A stretch of DNA of 64,000 nt, from positions 1,850 to 65,849 of the forward strand of contig CALKGQ010000001.1 in assembly GCA_938085425.1 (NCBI GenBank), given 5' to 3'. Position numbers and translations under genes: made by a program. Below the pieces are notes generated by a model, which saw only the letters and a list, made by a program, of their open reading frames with translations, did not search any database and was not told the DNA's origin. This DNA is from an uncultured Flavobacteriales bacterium (lineage in GTDB: Bacteria > Bacteroidota > Bacteroidia > Flavobacteriales_D > Sanyastnellaceae). Shown in pieces: positions 1 to 9,376 of the stretch (within the stretch, counting starts at the first letter, position 1; every line of letters begins with the position of its first letter).

Positions 1-1491
1 TATTCCCCATTTGAAATTGCTCGTATGGAGGTGACCAATGAGGAGTTTTCTGAATTTGTCAGAGACGGAGGGTACTTGAATGAAAACTGGTGGCTTGGTG
101 CGAACCAAGACCCAAACGAAACCGTCTCGCATGTGGAGATGATCGCTCAAATGAAAGATGCGACGGGGTCAACAGGTCCCGCCAACTGGGAGTACGGCCG
201 CCCACCGCGCGGGCAGGAGCAATTCCCTGTCACAGGAGTATCTTGGTACGAGGCCCGGGCCTACGCTTCTTACAAAGGAATGAGTTTGCCGACGGTGCAC
301 CAGTGGGCGAGCGCTGCAAGCTTGGGCAGTGCAAGCCGCTTTGTCCCCAAAAGCAACTTTTCGAAGAATCAAATGCAAAATGTTGGGGACTCTTTGACCA
401 TCAACCCTCAGGGGCTTTTTGACATCGCCGGGAATGTCCGAGAGTGGGCACACAACCAAGCTGGTGGGGGTGACCGAGCTGTATTGGGAGGTTGCTTCTT
501 GGACGATGACTACAGCTTCAATGATTATTACAGCCAACCAGCGATGAACCGAAGCATCGGAAATGGCATTCGATTGGTGCGCAACTTGGACAGCGGTCCG
601 AGGTACAAAGCCTCTATGGATCCGGTTTTTGTTGCGCAAAGGGACTTCAGGTCGTTGCCTGGCATCAGCGAAGACGTTTTTGAAATTTACAGAGCTCGGT
701 TTGGTGACTACAACAAGACCTTGGACGCCCAAACGAAGAGGGTCCCTGTTGCAAGCGCTGGACCAGTGGTGGTGGAGCGCGTTGAACTCGCGGACATAGA
801 TGGGGACAGCGGCGAAATTTTGCCGGCGTATGTTTTCTTCGACTCCACACAGAAAGCCCCCTACAAACCAGTCATCTTCTTTCCGGGATCGGGCGCCATC
901 CACATGACGAATACGGAGATCATGCTGAAGGACCGCGTGGAAGATTGGGACTATCTTTTGGCCAATGGGTACGCAGTGATCCACCCAGTTTACACAAGCA
1001 CCTATGAAAAGGAAGACCACCTCAAAAGCGACTATCCTGTAGCCACGAGGGACTACACAGAACACGTGTTGTCTTGGGGGCGAGAATACAAAAAGGTCGT
1101 CGACTACATTGTCACCAGGACAGACATGGATGCCGAAAAACTGAGCTACTACGGCGTCAGCTGGGGCGGGTACATGGCCAACATCCTTTTGGCCATTGAT
1201 GACAGGGTAAGGGCCGCAGTATTGAATGTAGCGGGGTTTTGTTTCCAACCCTCTGAGCCAAGCGTCGAGTCGTACATCTACACCCCAAGGATCTCATGTC
1301 CAGTCATCATGCTGAACGGAAAATACGACGTGTTCTTTCCGTTGGAAACGTCCCAAAACCCCATGTTTGAGTTGCTAGGCACGCCGGACAAAGACAAGAA
1401 GCACTACGTCTATCCGTCGGGGCACTACGTCCCCAGAGACCGCCTCATCGAGGAGCATTTGGGTTGGTTGCAAAAGCACCTTGAAAATTAA
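1..1491 (+). CDS. Two-domain protein, 5' end cut by the window edge: FGE-sulfatase (SUMF1/PvdO-like) domain fused to an alpha/beta-hydrolase (S9/dienelactone-hydrolase-like) domain
   Basis: Frame 1 is open from nt 1, so the ATG at 25 is probably internal. N-terminal half has FGE-sulfatase signatures (PVTGVSWYEARAYASY..., GLFDIAGNVREW, GGCF). C-terminal half has a GxSxG nucleophile elbow (GVSWGG) and late Asp/His (NGKYD, PSGHYVP). Confidence 0.7.
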   Translation, partial: YSPFEIARMEVTNEEFSEFVRDGGYLNENWWLGANQDPNETVSHVEMIAQMKDATGSTGPANWEYGRPPRGQEQFPVTGVSWYEARAYASYKGMSLPTVHQWASAASLGSASRFVPKSNFSKNQMQNVGDSLTINPQGLFDIAGNVREWAHNQAGGGDRAVLGGCFLDDDYSFNDYYSQPAMNRSIGNGIRLVRNLDSGPRYKASMDPVFVAQRDFRSLPGISEDVFEIYRARFGDYNKTLDAQTKRVPVASAGPVVVERVELADIDGDSGEILPAYVFFDSTQKAPYKPVIFFPGSGAIHMTNTEIMLKDRVEDWDYLLANGYAVIHPVYTSTYEKEDHLKSDYPVATRDYTEHVLSWGREYKKVVDYIVTRTDMDAEKLSYYGVSWGGYMANILLAIDDRVRAAVLNVAGFCFQPSEPSVESYIYTPRISCPVIMLNGKYDVFFPLETSQNPMFELLGTPDKDKKHYVYPSGHYVPRDRLIEEHLGWLQKHLEN

Positions 1492-1533
1492 CATTTGCCC
1501 TCTACCTAGGATTTTTGACGTTAATTGCTGCCC

Positions 1534-2196
1534 ATGAAACACTTCAAAGTGATGAAATCAATTGTGTTTGCAGCTTCTTTTGCCATAGCATCAGCGGGAT
1601 TCAGCCAAACAACAGGAAGCGAGTGGGGTTTCAACAACATTCCCGACAACTCGCAAGTCAATCAAATGTCAGGGCCACGATTTGGGGTTTCCTACATTTC
1701 TGAAGGGACGACGGCCCAAGTGTTGAATCGAGTTCACCAAATGGATTCCGCAACCTTCAGGACCTCGGATCTACCGGCAACGTTCACCACCCAATACGGT
1801 TGGCAGTGGGAGACACGCTTTGCGGACACGGGAGGCCCTGTGGTTGGCCTTGTGGAGTGGGTGGCATTTGTGGCAGGTATGGAGAAAGGGATGTTTTTGC
1901 CCTCTTTTTCTAGCTTGGTTGGGGTGAGAGGAGAAAGCGGATTTGAGTTTGCGACAGGCCCCAACCTCTCTCCCTCAGGGCTCGGCTTTGTGTTCGCCCT
2001 CGGATACAACTACACCAAGGGAGACCTCAACCTTCCAATCAACATTGCCTTGGTACCCGACAAAGTAGGTCCAACCAATTCACCACTCGATGACATCATC
2101 GACACAGACTCATCTTGGCCAGCCAACAAATTGAGCAACACTGGATATCGAATCACTGTGAGCGTCGGCTTCAACCTCAGGGCGGCCTCAAACTAA
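1534..2196 (+). CDS. Hypothetical secreted/outer-membrane protein
   Basis: ATG at 1534 (track start 1525 is TTG). Signal peptide MKHFKVMKSIVFAASFAIASAGFSQ. Alternating beta-strand-like, Gly/aromatic-rich sequence. No family recognised. Confidence 0.55.
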   Translation: MKHFKVMKSIVFAASFAIASAGFSQTTGSEWGFNNIPDNSQVNQMSGPRFGVSYISEGTTAQVLNRVHQMDSATFRTSDLPATFTTQYGWQWETRFADTGGPVVGLVEWVAFVAGMEKGMFLPSFSSLVGVRGESGFEFATGPNLSPSGLGFVFALGYNYTKGDLNLPINIALVPDKVGPTNSPLDDIIDTDSSWPANKLSNTGYRITVSVGFNLRAASN

Positions 2197-2251
2197 GCCC
2201 AGGTTTCGAACCGCAGAAACGAATGAACCGTGCATAGATGGCACGTAGAAA

Positions 2252-2282
2252 GGGCACCAGCGATCGCGCGGGTGCCTTTTTT
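2252..2282 (+). terminator. Rho-independent terminator downstream of the 1534..2196 gene
   Basis: GC-rich hairpin (GGCACC ... GGTGCC with an inner GCG/CGC stem) followed by TTTTTT. Confidence 0.7.
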
Positions 2283-2302
2283 GATGCGAGATGTTTGGGC
2301 AA

Positions 2303-2327
2303 CAAAAAGCCCCGCAGGATGCGAGGC
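2303..2327 (-). terminator. Rho-independent terminator downstream of tRNA-Asn
   Basis: On the minus strand: GCCTCGCA-TCC-TGCGGGGC hairpin (8 bp including one G-U) followed by TTTTTG. Confidence 0.6.
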
Positions 2328-2335
2328 TTTCGAAG

Positions 2336-2409
2336 CTCCTCCTCTTGGACTTGAACCAAGGACCCTCTGATTAACAGTCAGATGCTCTAACCAGCTGAGC
2401 TAAGGAGGA
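2336..2409 (-). tRNA. tRNA-Asn (anticodon GTT)
   Basis: Hand-folded cloverleaf. Acceptor TCCTCCT/AGGAGGA, anticodon stem TCTGA/TCAGA with loop CTGTTAA, T-arm CTTGG-TTCAAGT-CCAAG, discriminator G. 74 nt, no encoded CCA. Confidence 0.9.
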
Positions 2410-2452
2410 ATTAGAGGACGGCAAAAATACGTCAGATGGCACACTCAAGCAA

Positions 2453-2460
2453 TACCTTTG
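2453..2460 (+). promoter_or_regulatory. Candidate Bacteroidota -7 promoter box (TACCTTTG) for the PfkB kinase gene
   Basis: Exact TAnnTTTG match ending 28 nt upstream of ATG 2489. No clear -33 TTG seen. Confidence 0.35.
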
Positions 2461-2488
2461 CCTGAAAATCAACAGAAATCCCCACCTC

Positions 2489-3430
2489 ATGTCTGTCCTC
2501 ACGCTCGGAACCGTGGCCTTTGACACCATCCAAACACCCTATGGATCCTCGGGAAAGGTGGTGGGTGGCGCAGCCAGCTACATCGCACTGGCGGTGAGTC
2601 ACTTCACACAGCAACAGCATGTGGTGAGCGTCATCGGAGACGACTTTCCCCAACCGTTTTTGGCAGAGCTGGAGCGAAGGGGGGCATCCTTGGATGGGTT
2701 GACCCGAGTGCCAGGAGGAGAAAGCTTTCATTGGTCGGGGAGCTACCACGACGACATGGTGGGCCGGGACACCTTGGCCACGGACCTCAACGTGTTGATT
2801 GGTTGGGAGCCCAAGGTGGCGGAGTCAGGAAAGACTGCTGAGTTTGTGATGTTGGGCAACCTGGACCCCGCAGTGCAAGGGGCTGTTTTGGATCAAATCA
2901 CTTCCCCCAAACTCGTGGTGCTTGACACCATGAATTTTTGGATGGACGTGGCGCTTGAGCCTTTGAAAAAGGTGATTGGCCGTGTCGATGTCTTGACCGT
3001 CAATGACGAAGAGGCCCGACAGTTGACGGGGGAGCATTTCTTGCCCAAGGCAGCACGGGCCATCCAAGCCATGGGGCCCAAGACGGTGGTGATCAAGAAG
3101 GGTGAGCACGGCGCGTTGATGTTTCAAGGCGACCACACCTTTTTTGCCCCAGCCTACCCCTTGGAAAAGGTGACGGACCCCACAGGTGCGGGGGACACTT
3201 TCGCAGGGGGGGTTGTGGGCTACCTCGCAGCACAACACAAGGCACATGGCGAAGTGACATGGGACCACATGAAGCAGGCAGTGACGGTGGGCAGTGTGAT
3301 GGCGAGCTTCACCTGTGAAGCCTTTGGCACAGAGGGCATCGCCCAATTGACAGCCTCCGATGTGAAGGACCGGTGGTCTGCCTACCGGGCATTGACGGAT
3401 TGCGGCAACGTGGCTTGGCCTCAGGGTTGA
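2489..3430 (+). CDS. PfkB-family carbohydrate kinase (ribokinase-like)
   Basis: C-terminal PfkB signature DPTGAGDTFAGG, N-terminal GG-rich substrate lid motif (VVGGAASY), 313 aa. Confidence 0.8.
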   Translation: MSVLTLGTVAFDTIQTPYGSSGKVVGGAASYIALAVSHFTQQQHVVSVIGDDFPQPFLAELERRGASLDGLTRVPGGESFHWSGSYHDDMVGRDTLATDLNVLIGWEPKVAESGKTAEFVMLGNLDPAVQGAVLDQITSPKLVVLDTMNFWMDVALEPLKKVIGRVDVLTVNDEEARQLTGEHFLPKAARAIQAMGPKTVVIKKGEHGALMFQGDHTFFAPAYPLEKVTDPTGAGDTFAGGVVGYLAAQHKAHGEVTWDHMKQAVTVGSVMASFTCEAFGTEGIAQLTASDVKDRWSAYRALTDCGNVAWPQG

Positions 3431-4290
3431 GCTGCGAGCCACGGGCTCGGGTCGACGGCTTGGCCCTTGACCCACCATTCGAAGTGAAGATGAGGGCCTG
3501 TCGTAAGGGCTCCGGTGTTCCCAATCAACGCCACAGCCTCTCCTCCAACGACCAAATCGCCCTGTTGTTTGAGCAGGGAGGAACAGTGTTTGTAGACTGA
3601 AACCCGATCTCCTCGGTGTTGGATCAACATGGTGTATCCCGTTTCCACAGTGTAAGAGCTGAACAACACCGATCCGTCGTCGACAGCTTGAATGGCGGAT
3701 CCTCTTGGCGCCACCAGGTCAACCCCGAGATGCCCCCGCCCCCTGTCCAACGCATCAGACACTCCGCCCACAACCGGCGGAAAACGGAACCCAAGCGAAA
3801 GAGTTGTTCCACCACCGGAGCGACGCTGGAGCGCAAAACGGTCTTCATTGGCGACCTGTTCCCTGAGTGCCAACTCACCTGGTCCTGGCCCTTCGAACAC
3901 CTGCGCGGAATCCAGGATCAAGGGGTTGTTTTCGTCGGTTGTGAGGGACCCTTTTCCCGAGAGGAAGGCCAGCGCTGCGCTGTCTCCTGAAAGGCTATGG
4001 CGAAGGGCCATCACTGTTTGGGCGTTCTGCTGCAACACCTGTTCCATGCTGTCGGCGAGCGCTTGTGTGGCCTCCATGCTTTCCCTGGTGGACGTGGCCA
4101 CATATCCAGGCACCAACACTTCCCTTAGCGGGGTCAATGCGACCAACACAAATGTCAATCCCCCCACAGCGCAAAGGCCCGCGATGGCCATCCACAACCA
4201 ACCCCTTGGGGTTCCCTTGAACACGCGGATTTCAGAGAAGGAACTCTCGTCAAAAACGGTGACCTTCATGGGGTGTTTCCAAAGCGACAT
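3421..4290 (-). CDS. M23-family metallopeptidase (membrane-anchored)
   Basis: HLGVDL ... GNTGALTTGPHLHFEWW (M23 HxxxD / HxH motifs). N-terminal TM helix. Track start 4329 is TTG; ATG at 4290 (or 4269) preferred. Confidence 0.8.
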   Translation of the reverse strand: MSLWKHPMKVTVFDESSFSEIRVFKGTPRGWLWMAIAGLCAVGGLTFVLVALTPLREVLVPGYVATSTRESMEATQALADSMEQVLQQNAQTVMALRHSLSGDSAALAFLSGKGSLTTDENNPLILDSAQVFEGPGPGELALREQVANEDRFALQRRSGGGTTLSLGFRFPPVVGGVSDALDRGRGHLGVDLVAPRGSAIQAVDDGSVLFSSYTVETGYTMLIQHRGDRVSVYKHCSSLLKQQGDLVVGGEAVALIGNTGALTTGPHLHFEWWVKGQAVDPSPWLAAQP

Positions 4291-4346
4291 GTTGCGAATA
4301 TCGACACCCGTGCAAACTTTCTCGCCCAAGGAAGCGGTTCATCCAA

Positions 4347-4354
4347 TATTTTTG
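4347..4354 (+). promoter_or_regulatory. Candidate -7 promoter box (TATTTTTG) for the TPR lipoprotein / atp gene string
   Basis: Exact TAnnTTTG ending 23 nt upstream of ATG 4378. Confidence 0.35.
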
Positions 4355-4377
4355 GGCACGCTTACGTTCCCCAACCC

Positions 4378-7053
4378 ATGCATACTCGCACTACATTCAT
4401 TCTCCTGACCCTCCTTGTGGCCACGACATGGATGTCTTGCACGACCAAACGGGACGGACGCGCCTACAGGCTGTACCACAACACCACCGCCAAGTACAAC
4501 GGCTTTTATTACGCCAACGAAGCGTTGGACGAGGCAGACGGGAAGCTGGAGGAAATGCACGAGGAGCGATGGGATGAGGTTCTTCCCTTGTTTTTGGAAA
4601 GCGACGAAAGCACGGCACAGCAAATTTTCCCGTTGATGGAGCGTGCCATTGAAAAGTGCACCCGCGTGGTGGACCGGCACACCATGGCGCCGCCCAAACG
4701 GATGACCAAGTCGTTCAACCGTCCGGTCATGAACAAATGGATTGACGACAACTACACGGTCATTGGCAAATCTTATTACCTCAAAGGCGACTACCCCAAG
4801 GCCGAGGAAATTTTCACGTACCTCTCCCGAACCGTGGATGGAGACGACGCGGAGGCTTGGTCCTTTTCATGGCTGGGCCGAACCCACATGCGCACTGGCG
4901 ATGAGATCAAGGCCAAAAACGCGCTGGCAAAGGCCGAGAGCATCCGCGACGCCTCGGACGAAGCGATGGTCCACACCTTGATGGTTTTGGCCCAGTACAA
5001 AATCCTCAATGGCGATTACGAAGCTGCGGCAAGACACCTCGAAGACGCCCTCCCACGCATGGGCAAAAAGGACAAAGCAAGGACCCGCGCGACCTTTGTG
5101 TTGGCCCAATGTCTCCGAGAGGCGAAAGACAAAGAGGGCGCCATCGAGCAGTTTCAGGAGGTTGCCAGCATGCGTTGGGCAGATTACGAGTGGGTGTTCC
5201 AGGGCAACATTCAACAAGCCATGACTTACGAGCGCCGCAACGGCAACAGCGAAGCCATTGTGGAGCTTTTGGAAGCCATGCTCGAGGACCACAAAAACGA
5301 ACCCTACTTGGACCAAGTGTTTTTTGCGCTGGGAGAGGTGGCGTTGGAAGACCGAAGGAGGGACGAGTCGTTTGGACTGTTCAAGCAGAGCGTTGCGGCA
5401 CATACCGACGACGATCGTCAACTCGGCAAAGGCTACCTGAAGCTCGCAGACCTTTACATGGAGGATTTGGTGTACCCAACTGCCCAAGCCTATTACGACA
5501 GTGCCTTGGCTTACATTGAGGAAGACGACGAACGGATGGAGGAGGTGAGTGCCTTGGCCTCAGACCTGAACAGTTTGGTGGGAAACTTGGATATCATCCA
5601 AGAAGTAGATAGCATGTTGACGCTTTGCGACATGGACGAAGACCTTCGGTTGAGGGCAGTCGACCGTGTTTTGCGCAACATGGAATTGGAGTTGAAGAGA
5701 ATGCGCGAGGACCGTGAAGCGGCGCTCGAGGCCGCTGCCGCCGCCGCTGCTGCAGACAACACGGGTGTGGGCATGTTTTGGCCCTACAATGGCCAGCTTC
5801 GAGCATCCGGGCAGCAACAATTTTTGTCGTTTTGGGGGGACCGGGTGTTGGAGGACGATTGGCGCCGGTCCAACAAAATGGCCAACTTGTTTTCAGAGGA
5901 CGACGATGTGACAGAAGAGGGAGAGCAGGGGGGAGAGGATGAGGTGTTGGACCCCTTGGACCCAGCCAACCTCCCCACTTTTGAGGAACTTTTGGCATCC
6001 CTCCCCTGTGAGCCCGACACAAGGGTGCTGCAAGAAGAGCGCATGGCTGAAGCCTACTACAACGCCGGCCTGGACTACCGCGAAAAACTCAACGACAACG
6101 AGAAAGCCATTGAAACATGGGCAGAACTCATTGAAAAACTCGACAGTTCCTTTTTCCATCCGACGGCCCACTATCAGCTCTTCAGAACCTATTTGGAGAG
6201 AGAGGTTGAGGAGAACTACCAAAACCCTTTTTGCGACGACTGCAACAGCGCGTATTGGGCAGATGAAATCGTGCGACTTTATCCTGGAAGCGAATGGGCA
6301 AAGCTGATTTTGGATCCTGAATTCTTGGACGAAGAAGAGGTTCTCCGTGAGGCACAGCGAGAAGTGTACGAAGACCTTTTGGGACGCTACTACAGGAGGG
6401 ACTATCAAAATGTGTTGCTTGACATTGATGACGTCGTCGCCCAAGACTCCGTGAATTTCTTTGCGTGCAAGTACACCTTGCTCCGGGCGCAGTGCGTTGG
6501 GGGGTTGACGAGTTATACCGGTGACCGCACCCCTTACTTCGAGGCGTTGCAAGGCATCGTGGCGTCTTGTCCCGACACCGAAGAGTCCGCCTTTGCCTCC
6601 GAACTCATGCGGACCCTCGGTGTGGACCTGGGAGATGCATCGCCCAAAAAAGAACAAGAGGAGGCCCCAGAGGTCCAACCATTCGCCATTCAACCCAGCA
6701 ACCAGCATTACTTGGGCGTTTTTGTCCCTGTGGGCCGCGGGAATGGAAATGAAATCAAGGCCACCACAGCAGACTTCAACAACGCGTTCTACGGCTCCAA
6801 GCGTCTGAAGGTCACAAGCAACCTGATTGACCGTGCCACCCAAGTGGTTTTGGTGAAATCTTTCAACAATCAAGAAGAGGCCATGGGGTACTATGAAGTC
6901 TTCACCAGCAACAGGGAGGACCTCATTGACATCAACTCTTCAGGCTACGACATTGCGGTCATCAGCAACGAGAACTACGTGACATTGTTCAAAAACAAGG
7001 ACATCCGAGGGTACGTGGACTTCTTCTCTCAACATTACCTTTCGGGTCAATGA
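4378..7053 (+). CDS. TPR-repeat lipoprotein, SprE/PorW-like (T9SS-associated); family assignment tentative
   Basis: ATG 4378 gives a lipoprotein signal (LLVATTWMSC). N-terminal CTTKRDGRAYRLYHNTTAKYNGFYYA resembles the SprE/PorW N-terminus as I remember it. TPR-like helical repeats and an acidic coiled-coil middle. Sits directly upstream of bactofilin and the atp operon. Confidence 0.5.
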   Translation: MHTRTTFILLTLLVATTWMSCTTKRDGRAYRLYHNTTAKYNGFYYANEALDEADGKLEEMHEERWDEVLPLFLESDESTAQQIFPLMERAIEKCTRVVDRHTMAPPKRMTKSFNRPVMNKWIDDNYTVIGKSYYLKGDYPKAEEIFTYLSRTVDGDDAEAWSFSWLGRTHMRTGDEIKAKNALAKAESIRDASDEAMVHTLMVLAQYKILNGDYEAAARHLEDALPRMGKKDKARTRATFVLAQCLREAKDKEGAIEQFQEVASMRWADYEWVFQGNIQQAMTYERRNGNSEAIVELLEAMLEDHKNEPYLDQVFFALGEVALEDRRRDESFGLFKQSVAAHTDDDRQLGKGYLKLADLYMEDLVYPTAQAYYDSALAYIEEDDERMEEVSALASDLNSLVGNLDIIQEVDSMLTLCDMDEDLRLRAVDRVLRNMELELKRMREDREAALEAAAAAAAADNTGVGMFWPYNGQLRASGQQQFLSFWGDRVLEDDWRRSNKMANLFSEDDDVTEEGEQGGEDEVLDPLDPANLPTFEELLASLPCEPDTRVLQEERMAEAYYNAGLDYREKLNDNEKAIETWAELIEKLDSSFFHPTAHYQLFRTYLEREVEENYQNPFCDDCNSAYWADEIVRLYPGSEWAKLILDPEFLDEEEVLREAQREVYEDLLGRYYRRDYQNVLLDIDDVVAQDSVNFFACKYTLLRAQCVGGLTSYTGDRTPYFEALQGIVASCPDTEESAFASELMRTLGVDLGDASPKKEQEEAPEVQPFAIQPSNQHYLGVFVPVGRGNGNEIKATTADFNNAFYGSKRLKVTSNLIDRATQVVLVKSFNNQEEAMGYYEVFTSNREDLIDINSSGYDIAVISNENYVTLFKNKDIRGYVDFFSQHYLSGQ

Positions 7054-7547
7054 TTGGCAACAAGAAAACCCCCATGGGCATGGACGCCCCCAGCACGGAT
7101 GCGGTGAACCGCATTGTCGAAGGCACAACCTTTGAAGGCAACATCCGCAGCCTTAGCAACATGCGGATCGATGGAACGTTTGATGGAGACATCTCCACAA
7201 AGGGACGTCTTGTGGTGGGCCCCAAGGGAATCATCAAAGGCAACGTGTCTTGTGCCCATTGTGAAGTGGAGGGCGTGATGGAAGGCCAAATCGAAGTGAC
7301 CGAATTGATGGCCCTCAAGTCTTCCGCGAAAGTCTCTGGCACCATCTACTATGGTCAATTGAGCGTAGAGGCTGGTGCACAGCCTGTTGGCACATTCCAC
7401 ATGGGACGTGAGGACCGCAAGGAGGAGCCATTGATGGGCAAGCCTGGCGCCGTGAACACCCTGAAGGGCGCAGAAGTGGAGACGGGTCGTCTCAAGACGA
7501 CCAAGCCAGAGGTCGCCAAGGCCCCGCTGGTTCAGAACAAACTCTGA
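7050..7547 (+). CDS. Bactofilin (polymer-forming cytoskeletal protein, DUF583)
   Basis: Repetitive beta-helix sequence (FEGNIRSLSNMRIDGTFDGDISTKGRLVVGPKGIIKGNVSCAHCEVEGVMEGQI...). ATGA start/stop overlap with the upstream gene. Confidence 0.8.
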   Translation: MIGNKKTPMGMDAPSTDAVNRIVEGTTFEGNIRSLSNMRIDGTFDGDISTKGRLVVGPKGIIKGNVSCAHCEVEGVMEGQIEVTELMALKSSAKVSGTIYYGQLSVEAGAQPVGTFHMGREDRKEEPLMGKPGAVNTLKGAEVETGRLKTTKPEVAKAPLVQNKL

Positions 7548-7556
7548 CCCTCCTCC

Positions 7557-7781
7557 ATGGGAGACGAGTCCCCCTCCGAATCCAACGATCGAAACCGCCC
7601 GAAGTCCATCTTGCGTTTCGCAGGAATGGGTGTTCAACTTGCTGTTGCCATTGGTTTGGGCGTGATGGCTGGCCTCCAACTTGACGAATGGCTTGGTTGG
7701 GCGCAACCCATCGGAACAGCATGTTGCGCTTTGCTGGGTTTGTCGGCGGGAATGTACCAGGTGCTGAAGGCGTTGGCATGA
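7557..7781 (+). CDS. AtpZ/AtpI-family small membrane protein (F0F1 ATPase-associated)
   Basis: 74 aa, two TM helices (AGMGVQLAVAIGLGVMAGLQLDEWLG...), placed immediately upstream of the atp genes. Confidence 0.7.
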   Translation: MGDESPSESNDRNRPKSILRFAGMGVQLAVAIGLGVMAGLQLDEWLGWAQPIGTACCALLGLSAGMYQVLKALA

Positions 7782-8161
7782 ATTCGAAAACGTTTGTCTT
7801 GGTTTGTGTGGCCCTCTGCGTTTTGTTTGGCGCCGCCCCCCACTTTGTATCAACCATTCATGTGCTTTCTCATGGCTTTTGGTGGCCGTCAGGAGTGGTG
7901 TCAATGACTTTGGTGACCGTATTGGGTCACCGATGGGTCCGCAATGCTTCTTCGCAGTCGCCCATGGCGTTTGTCACTTCCGTCAATGGGGTTACGGCCA
8001 TGAAGCTCTTCACCATGCTGGGGTGGTTGACGGCCAGTCTTGTTGCAGATGTTGACGGAAAGCGGGTTTTTGTGTTGAGTTTGTTTGCGGTTTTTGTGGT
8101 CTTCACCATCGTTTTTGTGGCCTCGGCAGCAAGCCTTTCAAAGAAAACCGACAAGAAATGA
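7778..8161 (+). CDS. Hypothetical polytopic membrane protein in the atp operon
   Basis: ATG 7778 overlaps the upstream stop (ATGA). About 4 hydrophobic helices. No motif recognised. Confidence 0.5.
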   Translation: MNSKTFVLVCVALCVLFGAAPHFVSTIHVLSHGFWWPSGVVSMTLVTVLGHRWVRNASSQSPMAFVTSVNGVTAMKLFTMLGWLTASLVADVDGKRVFVLSLFAVFVVFTIVFVASAASLSKKTDKK

Positions 8162-8216
8162 GGAACGTTGTGAAGAACACACCTTTCGTCTGTACTTTTG
8201 CCGCGGATTTTCAGAC

Positions 8217-9347
8217 ATGAAACAGCGTTTGTCCCTCCTCATTTTGGTCGTTTTTGCGGCCGTTTGCACACCGGTTCTTTCGAGCGATTCGCACGACGAA
8301 CACGAGGGCCAACACGACGCGCACGGTGAATTCAACGCCAGCGATTTCATCATCCACCACATTGCCGACGCCCACGAGATCCACCTTTGGGGGGAGGGTG
8401 CATCGGCGGTGCACATTCCCTTGCCCGTAATCTTGTTCAGCAAGGAGCACGGATTCGATGCGTTCATGAGCAGCGCTTTTGAGGGACACGGGGAAGTGCG
8501 GTTGGCGAAGCGGAGTTCTGAAGTCACCTATGCTCTGAGCCACGGCCACATCAGTGTCCAAGGCGAGCACGCCGGCCACGACCACTCCGACCACGCAGGG
8601 CATGACCACAGCGACCACGCTCACATTGACCTCTACGATTTGAGCATCACCAAATCCATCTTCGGCATGTTGATGATGATGGTGTTGATGCTTGTGCTGT
8701 TTGGTTCAATGGCGAAGAGCTATGCGCGAAGCGCTGGACAAGCACCAAAAGGTTTGGCGAACGCATTGGAACCGATGGTTTTGTTTCTGCGCGACGAGGT
8801 GGCCATCCCCAACATAGGCGAAAAGAAGGCGGACAAGTTTCTGCCGTTTTTGATGACCGTTTTCTTTTTCATCTTCTTCGCCAATCTGCTCGGGTTGATC
8901 CCTTTCATCGGGGGTTTCAACATCACAGGTACGCTGAGCATCACCATGGTGATGGCGGCGATGGTGTTCTTGATCACAGCGTTCAATGGGAACAAGCATT
9001 ATTGGGGCCACCTGTTTTGGCCTCCCGGAGTGCCCTTGTTTGTCATGCCCATCATCATCCCCATTGAAATCGTGGGCATGTTCCTCAAGCCCATCGTGTT
9101 GATGATTCGTTTGACCGCGAACATCAGTGCAGGGCACATCATCATCTTGTCTTTTGTGAGCTTGATTCTCATCTTTGGACAAGGTGGCGACGCCATGGCT
9201 GCTGGATTCGGCATTGGCATCTTCTCCACAGCCTTTATGATTTTCATGTACTGCCTCGAACTGCTCGTGGCATTTCTTCAAGCATTTGTTTTCACCCTCT
9301 TGGCGGCCATTTACTTCGGTGAAGCCACCCACGAGGCCCATCATTGA
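8217..9347 (+). CDS. atpB: F0F1 ATP synthase subunit a, with signal-like N-terminal extension and a His-rich insert
   Basis: C-terminal subunit-a core (LRLTANISAGHIII, conserved Arg in LTAN context). ATG 8217 gives MKQRLSLLILVVFAAVC. Confidence 0.9.
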   Translation: MKQRLSLLILVVFAAVCTPVLSSDSHDEHEGQHDAHGEFNASDFIIHHIADAHEIHLWGEGASAVHIPLPVILFSKEHGFDAFMSSAFEGHGEVRLAKRSSEVTYALSHGHISVQGEHAGHDHSDHAGHDHSDHAHIDLYDLSITKSIFGMLMMMVLMLVLFGSMAKSYARSAGQAPKGLANALEPMVLFLRDEVAIPNIGEKKADKFLPFLMTVFFFIFFANLLGLIPFIGGFNITGTLSITMVMAAMVFLITAFNGNKHYWGHLFWPPGVPLFVMPIIIPIEIVGMFLKPIVLMIRLTANISAGHIIILSFVSLILIFGQGGDAMAAGFGIGIFSTAFMIFMYCLELLVAFLQAFVFTLLAAIYFGEATHEAHH

Positions 9348-9376
9348 TTCTTCTTTATACTTTCAAAATTTTCCAA

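Noticed and set aside
8085-8216. Upstream extensions of many track ORFs (for example 8085, 9344, 9588, 28168, 29999, 31230, 38252, 42703, 44127, 57087, 58659, 53392).
   Set aside because: Several begin with TTG/GTG, overlap the preceding gene and lack protein-like sequence. An in-frame ATG giving a signal peptide or a canonical N-terminus (MCGIAG, MELLTIL, GIY-YIG and others) lies downstream.
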